Numbered from the stretch's first letter, positions 49,494 to 63,604 are shown. The stretch: 64,000 nt of DNA from Lama guanicoe (GCA_013239625.1 MU054220.1:3907374-3971373), one strand, 5' to 3'. The notes: a model not told the origin generated them from the letters alone. Made by a program: numbers and translations.

Positions 49494-52189
49494 CTGCGGG
49501 GGCAGGGAGGGGCAGGGGGGGAGAAGAACATTCGATTCAGCCTGGCTATGTCGCCCTTGTTAAGCACAAAAATAGGGGCAGAGCCCTAAGGTCCAGGACA
49601 GTTGCCAAGTCCCTGCCTTGGGGCTGGGGCGCTGGGGTCAGCCACCCAGCAAGGAATCTGCTCCCTCCCGCTTTGGAAGCTGCCTTCCCTAGGTGTGCAC
49701 CCCACCCCCATCTATCCTAACCCCCAGCCCTGCTTTAGTTTTTCTCCTTACCTCTTGCCAGGATTGAAAAGACTCTACATTTTACTGACTTATCTTACTC
49801 ATTGTCTGCTGCCCCCACGAGCACGTGAGCAGCATGAACACAGGGACTCTGGTCCCTGCTGACCCCCCTGCCTTCAGAACAGCGTCTGGCACAGCAAAGT
49901 GCTGTATGAATATTGCCTGAATTAACACACCACAGACTGGCAGGTTCTGCTGGGGCCACAGACGCTGAGGGCCTGTCTTCCTCCTCGTCCATAAACAATG
50001 AACTCCAGGCTCTTCTCCCACTCACGATGCCTCAGCGGCTTCACACATGCTGTCTCCACTCTGACAGAACGCTGCCCAGTAGGCACCAGTACGGCCATCT
50101 CACAGACGAGGAAACTGAGGCTCAGAGAGGCACACTAGCAAGGGCCAGAGTTGGGCTTTGGAAACAGGCAGACCCCTCAATGCCATGCTCTTTCCCCTGA
50201 TGCACAGGGCATGTGAACTGATACAGGCATTACACACATACATTTGTTCAGCCGACGAAGATTTACTAGGTGTCCACTGTGTGCCAGCTGCTGTGCTGGT
50301 TGCTGGGGGTACAGAAGCCAGCCTGCCAAGGCCCCTGCATGAAGAAGCTACATTCAATGGGTTGAGGGTGGAGATCTGGTTGTGTGAAGGGCGACGAAGA
50401 TATGGAAGCCAGCTAACGTCAAGAACACAGGCGGGAGTCGGGGGTGGGGGTGTCGAGGTGGCTGGGGAAGGCAGGTCTGAGTAGGTGGATATTTTTGCTC
50501 AGATAAGAATGGAGTCAGCCAAGTGGAGATCTGAGGAACAGCATTCTAGGCAGTGGGAACAGCAGGTGCAAAGGCCTGAGGAAGGAGTAAGCTTGGTGTA
50601 TTTGAAGAAGGGAAAGAAGGAGAGGAAGAAGGGAAAGAAGGAGAGAAAGAAAGGACTAGTGGGAATGAGAGAGGAGTCTGACAAGCAGTACACTTGAGAC
50701 ACAGAGAGAGAGCGGGGCCTAATGGCCAGAGACCCTCTTCAGGGCCGCCAGTGGACAGAGCCCACCCAGGGGGCTGGAGGTCAGAAGTCTCATCAGGGCA
50801 CTTGATTAGCATTTCCCAGGATTCCCAAGATAACACACGGTAAGGCTCACATCTGCCTCCAGCTCTTGGGTGTGGGGTGCATGGGGTATGCTCCACCCCG
50901 GGGCTGTGACCCACCAGGAGGGCCAGGGTGGATGTGCTCACTCCCCTGACAGCCCTGGCTCTCTGGAGAGGTTGGCAAGGCACTCTTAGGGAGGCAGCTG
51001 GGCAGGATGTTACTAGAAAGCTGCAGAGCATCCTAGGAGCCTCAGTGGATCAGAAGAACCTCTTAGGGAGGCAGACTCCTGAGTCTATCATAGCCAGGCA
51101 GATTTTCCAGGAGACGATCTGGAACCTGCATTTTTAATGTGCTTCCCTGATGACTCGGATACAGCCAGGGCTGCCACAGTTGTTAAGCTAGGTGACCATG
51201 ACCCTGGGGAGCTGAGATCCCCACCTGAGACACTAAGTGGGCGTTAGCACCCTTAAGGAACAGCGACAAAGCTGGAGCATGGGTGGGCAGAAGGATGTGA
51301 TCCAGCTCCACTTCCTGGGCACAGACAGAATGTTCTGGAGCTCAGGAAAAGCCCAGGCCAGCCCACCTCACTTTCAGGCACCCCCACCCAGCTCCTCATA
51401 GGAGCCCCCAGGAATGTGGGCAGAGCCCTGCGGGGGTGAGTGAGGTGCCTTCCTCTTCATTCCAGGCCCTCACCACCCTGGCTCTCCGCCATCCACGAGA
51501 GCAGGGGAAAGCTGTTAAATTTTACTTTTCCTAAACTTCCTGGGTTTGGGTTCCGCAAGTCCCCGCAGTGAGGGCTCCCCCTCCAAAAAAGCAACTGGCA
51601 CTGCCTGGAATTCCACTGTGCGCCAGCCCTGAAAAAGGCCCTTTATCCAAATCATCCTGCTGAATTCCACAACAGCCCGATGACAGTAGGTCTACACCCT
51701 GATCTGTCCCTAAGGGCCTGGAGGCCCAGAGCAGCTAAGATGCTGCCAAGGTGCCGAAGGGGCAACACCTGGGGCTGAGACCCCGACTCGGGTCCTTCTC
51801 CTGGGGGCCCAGCCGAGTTGCAGGGTCTCTGTTTCTCAGAACACTTCACTGATACCAGTCCCTGTCCTTGTCCAGGGTCTCAGGCTGGCCCTGATTTGAG
51901 CAGCTTGACTTAGAAAGGGACAAGCTTGTAGCCTGGGGAGGCCAACACACTGTGCACCAACCAACATCTTCTTGGCCTTATTGGGCCTAGGAGGTACCAA
52001 CAAGGTGGGGAGAAAGTGGCCCAAACTGAAAGAGCCCAAGGACCACGAGAAGTGAGAACTAGTCCCAGCTCTGCTGCTAATAGGCTCTGACCCCGGACCA
52101 GCCATTTTCTAGGCCTCTGTTTCTTTCTTTATAAAAAGAAATTGATAATTCCTACTTCTTAAAGATGTTCTAAAGATTAAATAGTGCTA

Positions 52190-52445
52190 TAAACTTACTT
52201 AACAATCACTTGTGTAAGGTGTACAATTTATTAGAAGCTGTTCTAAATGCTTTTCAGACATTAACTCATCTACTTTCTCACGACAGCCTTATGATGTTCA
52301 GCCTATCCTTATCTCCATTTTACAGATGAGGAGGCACAGAGAGGTGAAGTAACTTGCCCAGGATCACACAGCCAGTCGATAGCAGAGCCAGGACTGGAAC
52401 CATGGCAGCCTGGCTCCACGGTCTGTGTTCTTAACCATCGTGCTT
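52190..52445 (-). mobile_element. MIR SINE
   Basis: ccattttacagatgaggaggcacagagaggtgaagtaacttgcccaggatcacacagc. Confidence 0.75.
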
Positions 52446-54390
52446 GCTTCTGCTTATTACGATGCAAATGCATGGTATGCCTCACAGGGTAGGGGCTCAG
52501 GAGACATGCCACCCGGTTCGTGTCCCTGCTCCCCTACCCTCCAGCTGTGTGCCCTGAGACGATTTACTTCCCCTCCCTTCAATTTCCTCCATTGTAAAAT
52601 GGAGTTGATAATGCCTGGCCCCACGGACTCACAGTGAGCATTCAGCTAGGTAAGAAAAGAGGCATGTCATGCAGGCCTGGCACATAGTAGGCCCTGGGTT
52701 CCTGGTTCTGAACTTCACTTGGTGTGTGACTCTTAGCAAATCTTTTCCCTCCATCTCTGAGCCCCAGTTTACCCAAGGGTATAGTGACCCAGCTGGCAGA
52801 CTGGTGTTTCTGAACTCTGGCTGCCTGGGGAACCCCCTGGGAAGCTTTTTAAAAATCTCAGTGCACCGGCCTCCACCCACACCAATGAAGTCAGATCCCC
52901 TGGGGTGAGGCCCAGGCCTTGGTATTTATAAAAACACTCGGGTGCATCCAGGGGGCCTCTAAAGTCTGGCCAGCTCAAGATTCTCAACCCTGAACAGGGA
53001 GGAGGCGAGAGGAGCAGAGGGCAGAAATGCGGTGGGTGGGCTGGGCCTTGAGACTTTGCCCAGAGGCGCGGTGCCTGCTGGGTGTGGGCCACAGCCCAGG
53101 AAGTGGGAGCCCGGGCCAAGCAGAGCCAAGGAGGGTATGTCCCATGTAGGGAGGGTGGGCGCCCAGCTGAGGTCGGAAACCCAAACCTTAGCCCCAGAAT
53201 GGGGAGCAGTCTGCACCCTGACAGCCCCAGACCACATCGGATGTGGCTGGAGGCTGGATCATCCTGGCTTCCCTGCACATCTGAGGGGAGGCCTAGCCCC
53301 TGGGGCCCCGGTGACAGGTGTAGCCCCTTCATCACTCATACTAGCCTGGTTCCGTTTCATTCAAATCAAGCAGCTGTCATGGGCCTGAGTCCAAACCCGC
53401 TGCTTTGGGCAGCTGCTGGGAGGGGAAGTGAGCCAAGGACGCGCTCACTGAGGGGAGTGGCATTACTGTGCTACTTGGGGCCCCCTGCTCTGCTCTGCCT
53501 CCCTCCCACCTCAGGACTTCCACGAGAGGCTAGTGCAGCCAGCCGGCAGGCTTCCTGGAGGAGACAGTGAGTAAACCGGAAAGGCTTTAATCATCCTGGC
53601 AGGAGAGCCGTGGGTTTCTTCCCTCCAGCTTCAACGGTGAGACAAGAGGCTTCCATGCTGTGGTTCCCCCCTCTCCCCGCCCTCCACTATGTGCAGCATT
53701 TAGGACAAAGGTTCTGGGGGCTCAAGACCCACACCTATCACTCAGAGGCTTTGTGAACTTAAGCAAGGGACGTCACTTCTCTGAGCCTCATTTCTTCATT
53801 TGTAAGGCAGGAAGTTCCTACTGCACAGAGCTGTTGTGGGATTAAGGCAATTTATCTATGCAAAATGCTTGGCCCCATGTCTGGCACATCAGGAGCACAA
53901 ACAACAGAACAGACGCTAGGCCTGGTGCCTCCTCAACTGTGCACTGGCCTGAACTACCTGGCCGGTGCCTGGCACATAGTAGGAGCTTCATGGATACCTG
54001 GTAATCTACCGTTCCTGGCCCTCTCTGAACTGGGGAAGGGAGGGACTGTTGGCCACGTTTTGCTGAGCAAGCAAATAGAGGAACCGAGGATGTAAGAGGC
54101 TTTCTCAAGGTCAGGGCAGAGGGAAGGGGCCAGGATGGCGAACAAGACTCCCGCATCCCCCAGTGCTCTCCAGACAACAGCAGCTTTGTCTGGGGAGGGA
54201 GAGAAAATTCCTTCTGGAAACCCCTGCAGAGAGGCCCTTCGGGAGGTGGTCAGCAGCAGGACCTGGGCAAGGCCCTGAGGGCTGCTGGAAAAGGGACCAG
54301 AACTGGGGCTCAAGTTCTTGTGGGAGCAGCCCTGCCTGCTGGGCCCCACTCGAGAGGCGGCTGGGGCAGGGGGAGCAGAGGGGTCCTTAC

Positions 54391-54463
54391 GCAGGACGGA
54401 GATGAAACTGCTCCTGTCAGCCAGGATCCACACCCCGAAGCCCAGGATCACAGCACCCAGGAC
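54391..54463 (-). CDS. CD82: CD82 coding exon 2 (VLGAVILGFGVWILADRSSFISVL plus 1 nt)
   Basis: 73 nt; acceptor cttctag, donor GTAAGG; end of TM1 and small extracellular loop. Confidence 0.97.
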
Positions 54464-54975
54464 CTAGAAGGAAAAGGGGGCTGTTACTTGGGGGGCTGGA
54501 GAGCAGGTGGGGTGAGAGGGCCCCAACCAGCTGCCCCTGCCACCCAGGCATGGGGACACAGGGGAGCCACCTCCATCCTTGCCCAGCCCAGGGATGTCAG
54601 GATGGCCTCAGGCCCCAAACTCTAAGTCCTGGCCAACCCCAGCAATCCAGACAGCAGGGCCATGAGTGGGGAGTCCCTCCTGCCTCCCGTCTCCCCTACC
54701 CTAGGCCCATGTGTGGTCAAACTGAGCCTACAGGCTCTGGGATATAGCCTCCTGCCAGGGGCACCCTTCTACTATCTTCCTGCCCTTCCCCAACTTGGGG
54801 GCTGGAGCTTCCTAGAGAAGCCAGGCTCGGGGTGGGAAAACCCTCAGTGGACTTATCATCAAAGCCTAACCCAACCATCCTTCATATCTTGGGTCCAAGG
54901 CCAGGAGAGGGGACCTTCCTGACCCTCAGGCAGACCAAGGGGCCCCTACTGCATAGCCTGTGCTGTCAGACCTCC

Positions 54976-55368
54976 TTTTTTAAAAAATATTTTTTAAAAG
55001 TTATTTATGCATTTATTTTACAATATCATATTTTTTAAACTGAAGTGTAGTTGATGTACAATATTACATGTTCCAGGTATACAATAGAGTAATTCCCAAT
55101 TTTGAAAGGTTAAGCTCCCTGTGTAGTTATTATTCTCCATGTTGTACAACACATACTTGTAGCTTATTTTATATTTGATAGCGTGTACCTCTTCATCCTC
55201 CACCTCTCTCTTGCCCCCCCCCCACCGCTTCCCTCTCCCCACTGGTAACCACTAGTTCGTTCTCTACGTCTGTGAATCTGGTTCTTTTCTGTTATAGTCA
55301 CTAGTTTGTTTTTTTTTTTTTTTTGATTCCACATGTAAGTGATATCTTACAGTATTTGTCTTTCTCTG
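54976..55368 (-). mobile_element. Younger 5'-truncated L1 3' end in CD82 intron (same orientation as CD82)
   Basis: tgaagtgtagttgatgtacaatatt, ggtaaccactagtt, gattccacatgtaagtgatatc; TSD-like tgtcagacctcc (54964-54975) / tgtcagactctt (55369-55380). Confidence 0.85.
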
Positions 55369-56013
55369 TGTCAGACTCTTCTTAAGAGCCTTTCACACTG
55401 GGTTTAACTCAGCCACGTGTCTCTCTGCCTAGACTGCAAGCTCCCCGAGGGCAGGGCTGGGTTGCATGCAGCACTGTGCACCTGGGCACTTACAGTCCCA
55501 GGTGCTGCAGACGCAGGCAGTGAGCGAGTTCATGAATCAAACTGTGTAAATGCAAGACTGGAAAAGAAAACAAATGGGAAACGGCTGACATAGGGATTCC
55601 CTGCCTCCCTTCCCTCAACCAGGGCGGGTCCACAACCTGAGCCCACCTCCCAGGTGGAAATCTAGCCAAGAGCCACCATCCCATCAAGCCAGCTAAGGCT
55701 GAGGAGGGGCCTGCAGTCCGGGCAGAAGCACAGATTCCCCTGAGGGGCCTGGGGTGTAGGGGTCTGCATCACCCCACAAGACTGGCCTTTCCCTGGGGCC
55801 TGGCTTAGACCCATCTGGGGACAAACCCACCTTCAGGGTCCCAGCCTGTCACTACCCACGTTTACTACCAGCCCGGGGTTCCTGCCTCAGCCATCATCCA
55901 TCCCATAACCTCAGGTGCAAGGTCAGTAAGTACTGATAAAGCCCTCAGCCTGGGGTGAGCCCCCCGGGCCCAGAGTCTTGCTCAGCCTGGTCTGCAGTTA
56001 TTAAAGACCAGAA

Positions 56014-56288
56014 CTGGGCCCCTGGGTAAGGTGAATGTGGCATTTGACTCAGGTGGAAAAATGAAGGGGACACCAAAAAACTCAGTAACCAAAATAAATC
56101 AAAGTTTACAGCAATTATTTTTAAGAAACCCAAATTAATTGGGAAAAGAATCCATGGTGAACAAAATATCAAACCTTTAAATAAAGACAGGCTTGGTATT
56201 ACTGATTTTCCCTTCTGAAAAGGATCGGGGCCCCAGTGTGATGCCGTGTGGGGCTGTTTCTGATCTCACTCGCCTTACCCTGGCCCTG
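56014..56288. mobile_element. hAT-type MITE (possibly MER96-like)
   Basis: Imperfect TIRs ctgggcccctgggtaaggtgaatg / tcactcgccttaccctggccctg around an AT-rich core. Confidence 0.55.
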
Positions 56289-59200
56289 CTTAAAGACAAC
56301 AGCAGCCAAGAACCAGGAAGATGAAGGCACAGTGATCTCCCCACATTTGTCCCCCACTGTCTCCCAGGAGCTCACCTGTCCTCACCTCTCTTCTTCTCAG
56401 ATGGGCCCTGTTACTGTCCTCATTTTACAGATGGAGAAACTGAGGTCCTAACCTGGCCCAAGGTCACCCAATTCACCTGTCAGGGGCTCAAAGTCAAGTC
56501 TGACTACTTAATCAGGCCAGATGGTGACACATCAGCATCAGGGGTACCTGGGGTCCCTCCCTGGTCTGAGCCTAGAAAGCCAGTCCCTGGGGACAGGAAA
56601 GCTACTGAGACCCTGGGAAGGGGAAGGGTCCACCCGTAAGTGGGGGCACCTCAGACCACGCAGCCTGCTGGGAGAAAGGTGGGCCTTACAGGACCTACCA
56701 TTGGTTCCCAAAGACTCCTGAACCCCTGCCCACCCCAACCTCACACCTCACAAAACAGCTGGCCCATGGTCTGCTCCTGCCACCTCAGACCCATGTGGAG
56801 GAGCCCCTGTCTGCACACCTCCTGCACCAACAGGGCAGGACTGCAGGGAGAACCACACTCCTAAACAGAGAAGGGGAGGCAGGGCAGAAAATTCCCTCTG
56901 GGCAAATATAATCCCAAATAGAGCAAAATCCCAGGCTGCCCAGCTGAGCCCCTCAGCTGGCCTCCAGGAACCCAGGGAGGAAAGTCCCTGGTGCTGCCTG
57001 TTTGGCTCTGTTATCTGATGACACAGCCTGGCCGCCAGGTGTGGCTGCGCCAGCTGTCAGGCCATGGGACAGCCAGGAACGAGGCCAGGTCAGGGGCCAG
57101 CCAGAACGGGGGAGGCACCATGACACCCCCTTTCTCTGTGAACTGGACCAGGGCTGTGGTGCACATCCCATATTAACACTCCTCCCCAGACCCACGAGAA
57201 TCTCCTGACAGGGCTCAGCCAGGAGCCAGGAGCCTCATAGCCAGCGTCCTGCCCCAAGAACGGCCTCAGGGTTTCTTGGGATCTGACAAAAGCTGATGGG
57301 GCAATTTTCCCGGGGAGTTTGGGGTCAGGAGGGAGTGGAGGCAAGGATGTACACGTGTACCCGCCTGCATGTGTGAGCACACACAGCAGCCCAGTGGCTC
57401 TGCCAAACCACAAGTCCAATCACGTAAGTGCTTCCCTGTGCATGAAACAAAGACCCAGTCCTTCCTGGAAGGCCTGCATGGCCCATGCCCTGGGGAGGCG
57501 CGCTCTGCCCCTCTCCCCCTAGGCTGGACTTCCACTCTGCTGCCCGGACCCCGCTCTCCCAGCCACAACTCCAGGGAGTGCTTGCTGACTGCCCTGACAA
57601 AGCCAAGTGTCTTATTATCTGCTCTCTTAGGGACCATGTCCTTCATTCCAGCACCTAACACAGCTGCAATTTTAACTTCCTTTTGAGTCCTGGATCAAAG
57701 CCCACCACTCCCCAGAACGTCAGCCCCACCAAGAGTGCAGAAGCCGTGGCCCTTCTGCCAGTGACTGTCTACCTGGCATCCAGGACGGGGTCTGAATACA
57801 CAGAGGTTTCAAATCCACGTTTGGTAAATTAGTGATGAGTGGATGAGTGAATGAACAAACACACACACACACACACACACAGAGTCTCCTCTAACTCTCT
57901 CCTTCCCCTGTCACTCTCCTGTGATAAAAGCTCCCCCTCTCCCCAAGTACAGCAGCCTCCCATTCTGATGAGCTACTCTGGCCCCAGGACACAGGGAGTG
58001 AACACTTCCTTCTGCCAGCCCCCTGGAGTGGCTGGGAGGAGGCCAAGCAAGACTGGCCCCCGGCGCTCTGGCCGGAGGGAAGCTCTTCCAGGCTCCGGCT
58101 CTATAGGGCAGCCTGGGAGCAGGACAGGAAGGAACACCTTGGCCAAAACCATCAACCTCACTCCCTTTCTCTACCAAGTCTCTACCCCATCCCACCCACT
58201 GCATGAACGAAGAGGGGGTGTTTGTGCCCCTGAACCCCAAGTCCCACCACCTCCTAGGCTGTAGCCCAGACTCCTCCTTCCAGTTCCTAGAGCCCACGGG
58301 ATAAAACCATGGGGCTCCCACATCCCCCACCCCATCCTGACCAGCTGGCCTTTTTTAAAAGCTGGGCCCCAGCCCGGGGAGCCAAGCGCCTGCCAGGGAA
58401 GGCTTGGCTCTGCTATGTGGGCAGCCGCTTTCCAGAGGCCTGGCCCAGCCAGGAGGGACCTGAACTCCAAGCAGGGAAACCCAGATACCCAGGCCCGGCT
58501 GCCATCAGTGGAGGCCCAGAGCGGCAGGGGGGCTTCAGCATGGTCCTTGAGGACGGAGCTGGGGCTGGAGCCAGGGTGGCCAAACAGCAGGGCAGGGCTG
58601 TCCCTGTACATGTGTGCCTGCACGTGTGTGCACATGAATGTGCCAGAAACACACTTGGAAGTATCTGTGTGTTGGATTAAAGTTATGAGATTGAGTCTTG
58701 GAATTTAGAATGAGTCTTTATTTCCAAACTCTATAATCCTATGTAACTTGTAATGTAAAACCATTTCTTTCCCATAAGCAATTCATGTCTCCTGTAGAAA
58801 ATTTCAAAACTGCAGAGAAGCAAAAAGAATAAAACCCAAATTCCCAGGAATCCCAATATTAACATTTGAAGGTATTTTCTTCTCCTCTCAAAAATATTCA
58901 TGTATGTGTACAGTTTAAAAATGGAATCATAAGAAATATCCTATTATAAAATATGATTTTTTAGTAGTATAGGGTGACCCAACACCATGAGAGGCCAAGG
59001 CCCCCAGCACCAATCTGGGGCTTTGAGAATCTCTCCCACCACCTACACCCTCACCCCCATCACACACATACACACAGTCACACTCTCACAAATGCATACT
59101 CATGCATAATCACATACACACTCACACATCACCATCATCATCATCCTGGCAACTCCAAGGCAGGAGTCCGTCTGTGCCAGACCAGAGAGGAAAATTGAGG

Positions 59201-59812
59201 CCCCAGGAAAACCAGTTCCAGATGTGCACAGAGCTGACATCTGGGTGGCCCTGTGGCTCGTGACCTGCGGAGACCTGCCAGGGTGGGTCTGGGGAAGGGC
59301 GACTGTGTCCTCACCCTGGCCCAGAGCCCAGCCTCCTCTTGCCTACCCTTGGGAGCTCGGGGACATCCCTACAATGTGGATGGGGGTGTGGCGGGGGTAG
59401 TTGAGACCTAGAGCTGTAACAGGCAAGTCTTCAGAGTGGGTAGAGGAGGGTGGGGTGTCAGGACAGGATGAGAAAGATTCCAGAGGCTCCCCACAACAAC
59501 TCCCTGCTGGCCAGCTGGGGGACACCTGGGGCTGTCCTCTCCCCATGCCCACCTCCAGCCCTGACAGCCCGGTGGCCTCAGCACTCCAGGAGACAGGGAG
59601 CCTGGGCGAGGAGTCCAGTGTACCGCCGCCAAGCCACTGGGAACCCTGGGAATCTCCCCACTGCCCCCACCTGGTTCCATTTTGAACAGTGCATCCTCAG
59701 CCCCACCAGCCACATCCCACCACCATCCCTAGGCCTGGAGGGTCTCAGGCTGGGATGGCCCAGGAAAGAGAGTCTCTGTTGGAGGCAGCTGGGTGGCCAA
59801 GGTCATACTTAC

Positions 59813-59875
59813 AAAGAAGAGCAAGTTGAAGAGGAAGAGAAAGTATTTGGTGACTTTGATACAGGCTGACCCCAT
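59813..59875 (-). CDS. CD82: CD82 coding exon 1 (aa 1-21, MGSACIKVTKYFLFLFNLLFF); exon spans 59895-59813 including 20 nt of 5'UTR
   Basis: ATG at 59875-59873 in context GGCAGGATGG; acceptor ...tctctccag at 59896-59897; donor GTAAGT at 59812; 63 coding nt. Confidence 0.97.
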
Positions 59876-62448
59876 CCTGCCGGTCGTGGAGCTCCCTGGA
59901 GAGAAGACAGAAGGCAGGTAGGTCAGTGCAAGGTGGGACCTGGCCAGGGTCAGGGAAGAGATCTGCTGGCCCCACATCATCCCAGGTCACCCTCCCAACA
60001 ACCTCATGAGGTAGGCACCAACATCAGGTCCTGTTTTAGGGACCCTGAGGCCCAGAGATGTTAGATTACTGACCCAAAGTCATACAGTGGGGTGTGGGCT
60101 GCACTTAGGGTCTGGGTCAGCCACTCCACTAGGGCAGGGTCTGGAGAGAAATAATGGAGACCCTCAGCCTCCCTGAGGCCAGACAACCCAGGAATGACCA
60201 TGGCCAGCCCTCAGAACTTGTGGGACCACGGAAGCCAGAGTAGGCAGCTGGGGCCGAGACAGTTGGCCTGGGACAGCTGCGTGGGCAGAGCTGGGCTCAG
60301 GGGAGGGGGAAGCAGGCACCAGACCCCGTCAGGTTCCCACCGCCCTGTGGAGGTTAGGGGACAGTGGGAGGGAGAAGCAGGCCGCAGAGCAGAGGGAGCA
60401 GAGGGCCCGAGGCAGGGCTTCACCCTTCTTCCTCTTGCAAGGGTGAAAGGCAGTCCTAAGTCTCATGACCTACCTCTGTCCATACAGAGGTTCCCCCCCA
60501 CCACTTCTCTGGGCAGAAAAACAGTCTCCTAACATCTTGGCCAAGTGGGAGCTCGGCTTCAACTTTCTACACCTCCAGTGACCGGGGGAGAGGGGTTAAT
60601 GGGGAGATTTGAGCACAAAGTGAAGCAAAACTGTCCAAACAGGGAAAAAAAAGATTGTCTGGGTGGTAGGGAGCGCCCTGTCACAAGTGGCATGGAAGCA
60701 AAGTCTAAATAGACTTATGGGGAATTCAAGAGCTACATGGGGAGATTAGACTGAACGCTTTTCCAGGCTACCAGGGTCCAAAGCCTGGGTCAGAGAAATA
60801 TGGGGACAGCAGTGACTCAGAGCTAGGGAAGTCCAGCCTCAGCAACTCCACCTGGGGCCTCCCCCAGACCCAGAGGGGGAGAACACAAGGGCTCCCCCGT
60901 GTCAGGAGAACCGAGATCTGAGATCCCCAACCCAGGCCTGCCCCAGTAAGGCCTGCTGGGGACGGTCCACATGAAGGAGAGCTATTGTTTCCTCTCTCCC
61001 CTCCCAGCCAGCGCCTGACAACCACAGAACAAAACAGCAGGAGAGAAAAGATTTTCTCACCAAGGGCAGCATGTTTTTCTTTCCTTCCACTGGCCTGCTT
61101 GAGTCTCCCCTGAGTAAGAGGGGCTGCCCCAGGCTCAGTCCCAAGCAGCCTATAGATAAGTCATCACTTCACCAGAAGAACGCCATCACTACGTGCGAGT
61201 GGAGCGGCAGGAGCAGTGGTGCTGACCGCATTCTTGTGAAATTGGAGAAGTGTGGAACCAGTCCTTTGGCAACGGATGCTGGCCTGCACTGTTGCACAGT
61301 TCTAGAGAGTCCGGGAAGGGAGTTTCTCCACTTTCCGGCTCCCACAACCTCTGCTCTGGCTGGGTCTCCAGGGCCACCTGGCAGCGTTGGGGGTGTTCCA
61401 AAGGGACAGTTTTTAGACAAGAGTGGAAAGCTGGCCTCCTCATAAACAGCACCTATTCTGGGTGGCCATTGGCATCTGTCCTTCCCTTTAATCCTCACGA
61501 CTTGCCCAGAAGGTGAGGGGGTCCTCCTGTCTCAGGGAGCAGGATGGGTCGGGCTCAGAAAGGGGCAGTCACTTGCCCAAGTTACACAGCTCGCTAAGCA
61601 GTGGTAGCTCCGCTGCCCAAGATCCTTCCACTGTGAGTGCTACCTTCCGAGGAGTGGCCATGACTGCGATAAGGGGTCTTTGGGGATGGGGAGGATTCCG
61701 TCGTCCAAGTAGGTGGTGAGCACCAAGGTCACTGCTCATTCAAAGGAGCTCTGGTTTGGCTGCTGGGCTGGTATCCCCAATATTCCCCAGGCAACCTCTT
61801 GTCACTCACACAGATTGTGCTAGGAGTTGGGCAAAGCCTTTCAGCATCTTATGAACAAACTCAGGCCCAGAGGGGTGAAGGAGCTTGACCAAAGTCACGG
61901 GTACATGGACCAGCAAGAACAGAACCCAGGCTGCCTGGCCCCTTAGGTCACCCCATCGTCTCTGGGAGGCAGCTGGGTGGGTTCAGGTGCTGAAATAGCC
62001 CATGACTGGCAGGTAGGTTGGCCAATAGGGGCAGGCCCAGAGACTACCTGGGAATGACCCGACGGAGGAGAAGGGGCTAAGAATCAGAGCTCAGAGTAGG
62101 CGGCTCCTGTTGGCCAAGATCCAGGATCCAATTTCCTTCTGCCTGACAAGTGTAGACATTTCCCTCTCGCAGCAACAGGGAGCAGGAGATGAACACATTC
62201 TCCACACTTGGCAGAAGATGGGCAGTTCCCTGGAGGGCAGGGCGTCAGCTAAGGCTGGGGACATGCCCAGGTGGCCCCGTGATGGAGGGGCATCAACTTC
62301 AGGAAGCCCACAACCACCACCAAGCCCCAAGGAGACCCCCAGATTGCATTCAGAGGGCCTGGGGTTATACCAGCTCTGCTCGCCCACGCTGAGGGGTCTG
62401 ATCCTCAGCTTCTTCATCAATGAGATAAGAATAAGGGTTGGCATAGGG

Positions 62449-62760
62449 CAGGAATTGGCCAACTAGGGCCTATGGACCAAATCCAACCCACCACCAATAT
62501 TTTGTACAGCTTGCCAGCTAAGAACAGATTTTACATTTTTTAATAGTTGGGAAAAAATAAAAAGAATATTTTGTAACACATGAAATTCAAATAAATAAAT
62601 AAAGTTGAATTGGTACCAGCCACGCCCACGGTTTATGTACTGTCCACTGCGGCTACCACAGGCCATGGTGGAGCAGGGCAGCTGTGACAGAGACCGCTGG
62701 CCCACAAAGCCAAAAACATTTATTACCTGGCCATGGATGGAGAAAGTTTGCCAGTCCCTG
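62449..62760. mobile_element. hAT-Charlie MITE (MER58-like)
   Basis: Imperfect TIRs caggaattggccaact / agtttgccagtccctg; internal cagccacgcccac and ggcccacaaagccaaaaacatttattacctggcc. Confidence 0.75.
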
Positions 62761-63604
62761 GTGCCAGGGACCAGATGGTGTACACACAAGTGTCTGTAAG
62801 AAGCAGCAAGATTAGAGCTGTCCTTAGCTTGGGATCTCAAGGGAGAGTGAGCTGAGTGGCAAGAACTGAACAGAAGGAACTGAATAGTCAGGAGGGAGAA
62901 GATACAGACAAGGGTTCAGTTCCTAGCTCTGCCAATGCAGGGCCACAGAGAAAAGACTTCAGGGCCTCGCTTCCCGATTGAACCCCATGTTATAAAGAAA
63001 AGTGAGGTTGGCGCCTGGCATGGTCGGGCTTGATGAGCTGGAGCTGGGTAAGCCTCTGTACGAGCACTTGTGGAAGAAGCGAGGGGTGAGTGTTTCATTT
63101 GCAGATGAAATTAAACAGAATGTCTCCCAGTGTTATGCTTTCCTGTCTACACTTTCTGTAAACACTAGAAGGTCTGCCCATGCTCTCCTTAGAGGAGGTC
63201 TTGACAGCCACAAAACAAGGTTATGAGATGCAAGCACATCTTCTTTGGAAAATTCTGGAATAATCACCCACAGCTGTGTGAGCAGTAGGAAGGAGGTGCT
63301 GATTTTATATTACACTTTATAACTGGTAGACTGACCATTTATGTCTAAGCAACTACAATTTAAATTGACCAAATATATAATGTTATGCCAAATCAGCTTG
63401 TACAATGAAATTATTATGCTACTAATATTTTACTAACTCCTGCTCATCCTTCAATACTCACCTCAAACATCTACCTCCCCCAGGGAACCCCCTACTCCAG
63501 TCATCCTTGTCACAACAGCGAGTGCCACACCCTCCCCGCCAACACACATGCTGGTTCAGGGCACTCCTCTGCTTCCTTCCAATCGCGCTGGATACTGGAG
63601 CAGC

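Larger units (their letters stand above)
35860..59895 (-). other. CD82: CD82 gene body within window (ATG-containing exon to approximate 3' end); upstream non-coding exons and promoter are outside the window
   Basis: Eight exons splice in frame to a 270-aa four-TM protein with CCG, PxSC and terminal GC large-extracellular-loop motifs. N-terminus MGSACIKVTKYFLFLFN and C-terminus HSEDYSEVPKY match CD82 as I recall it. The 3' end is approximate. Confidence 0.96.
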
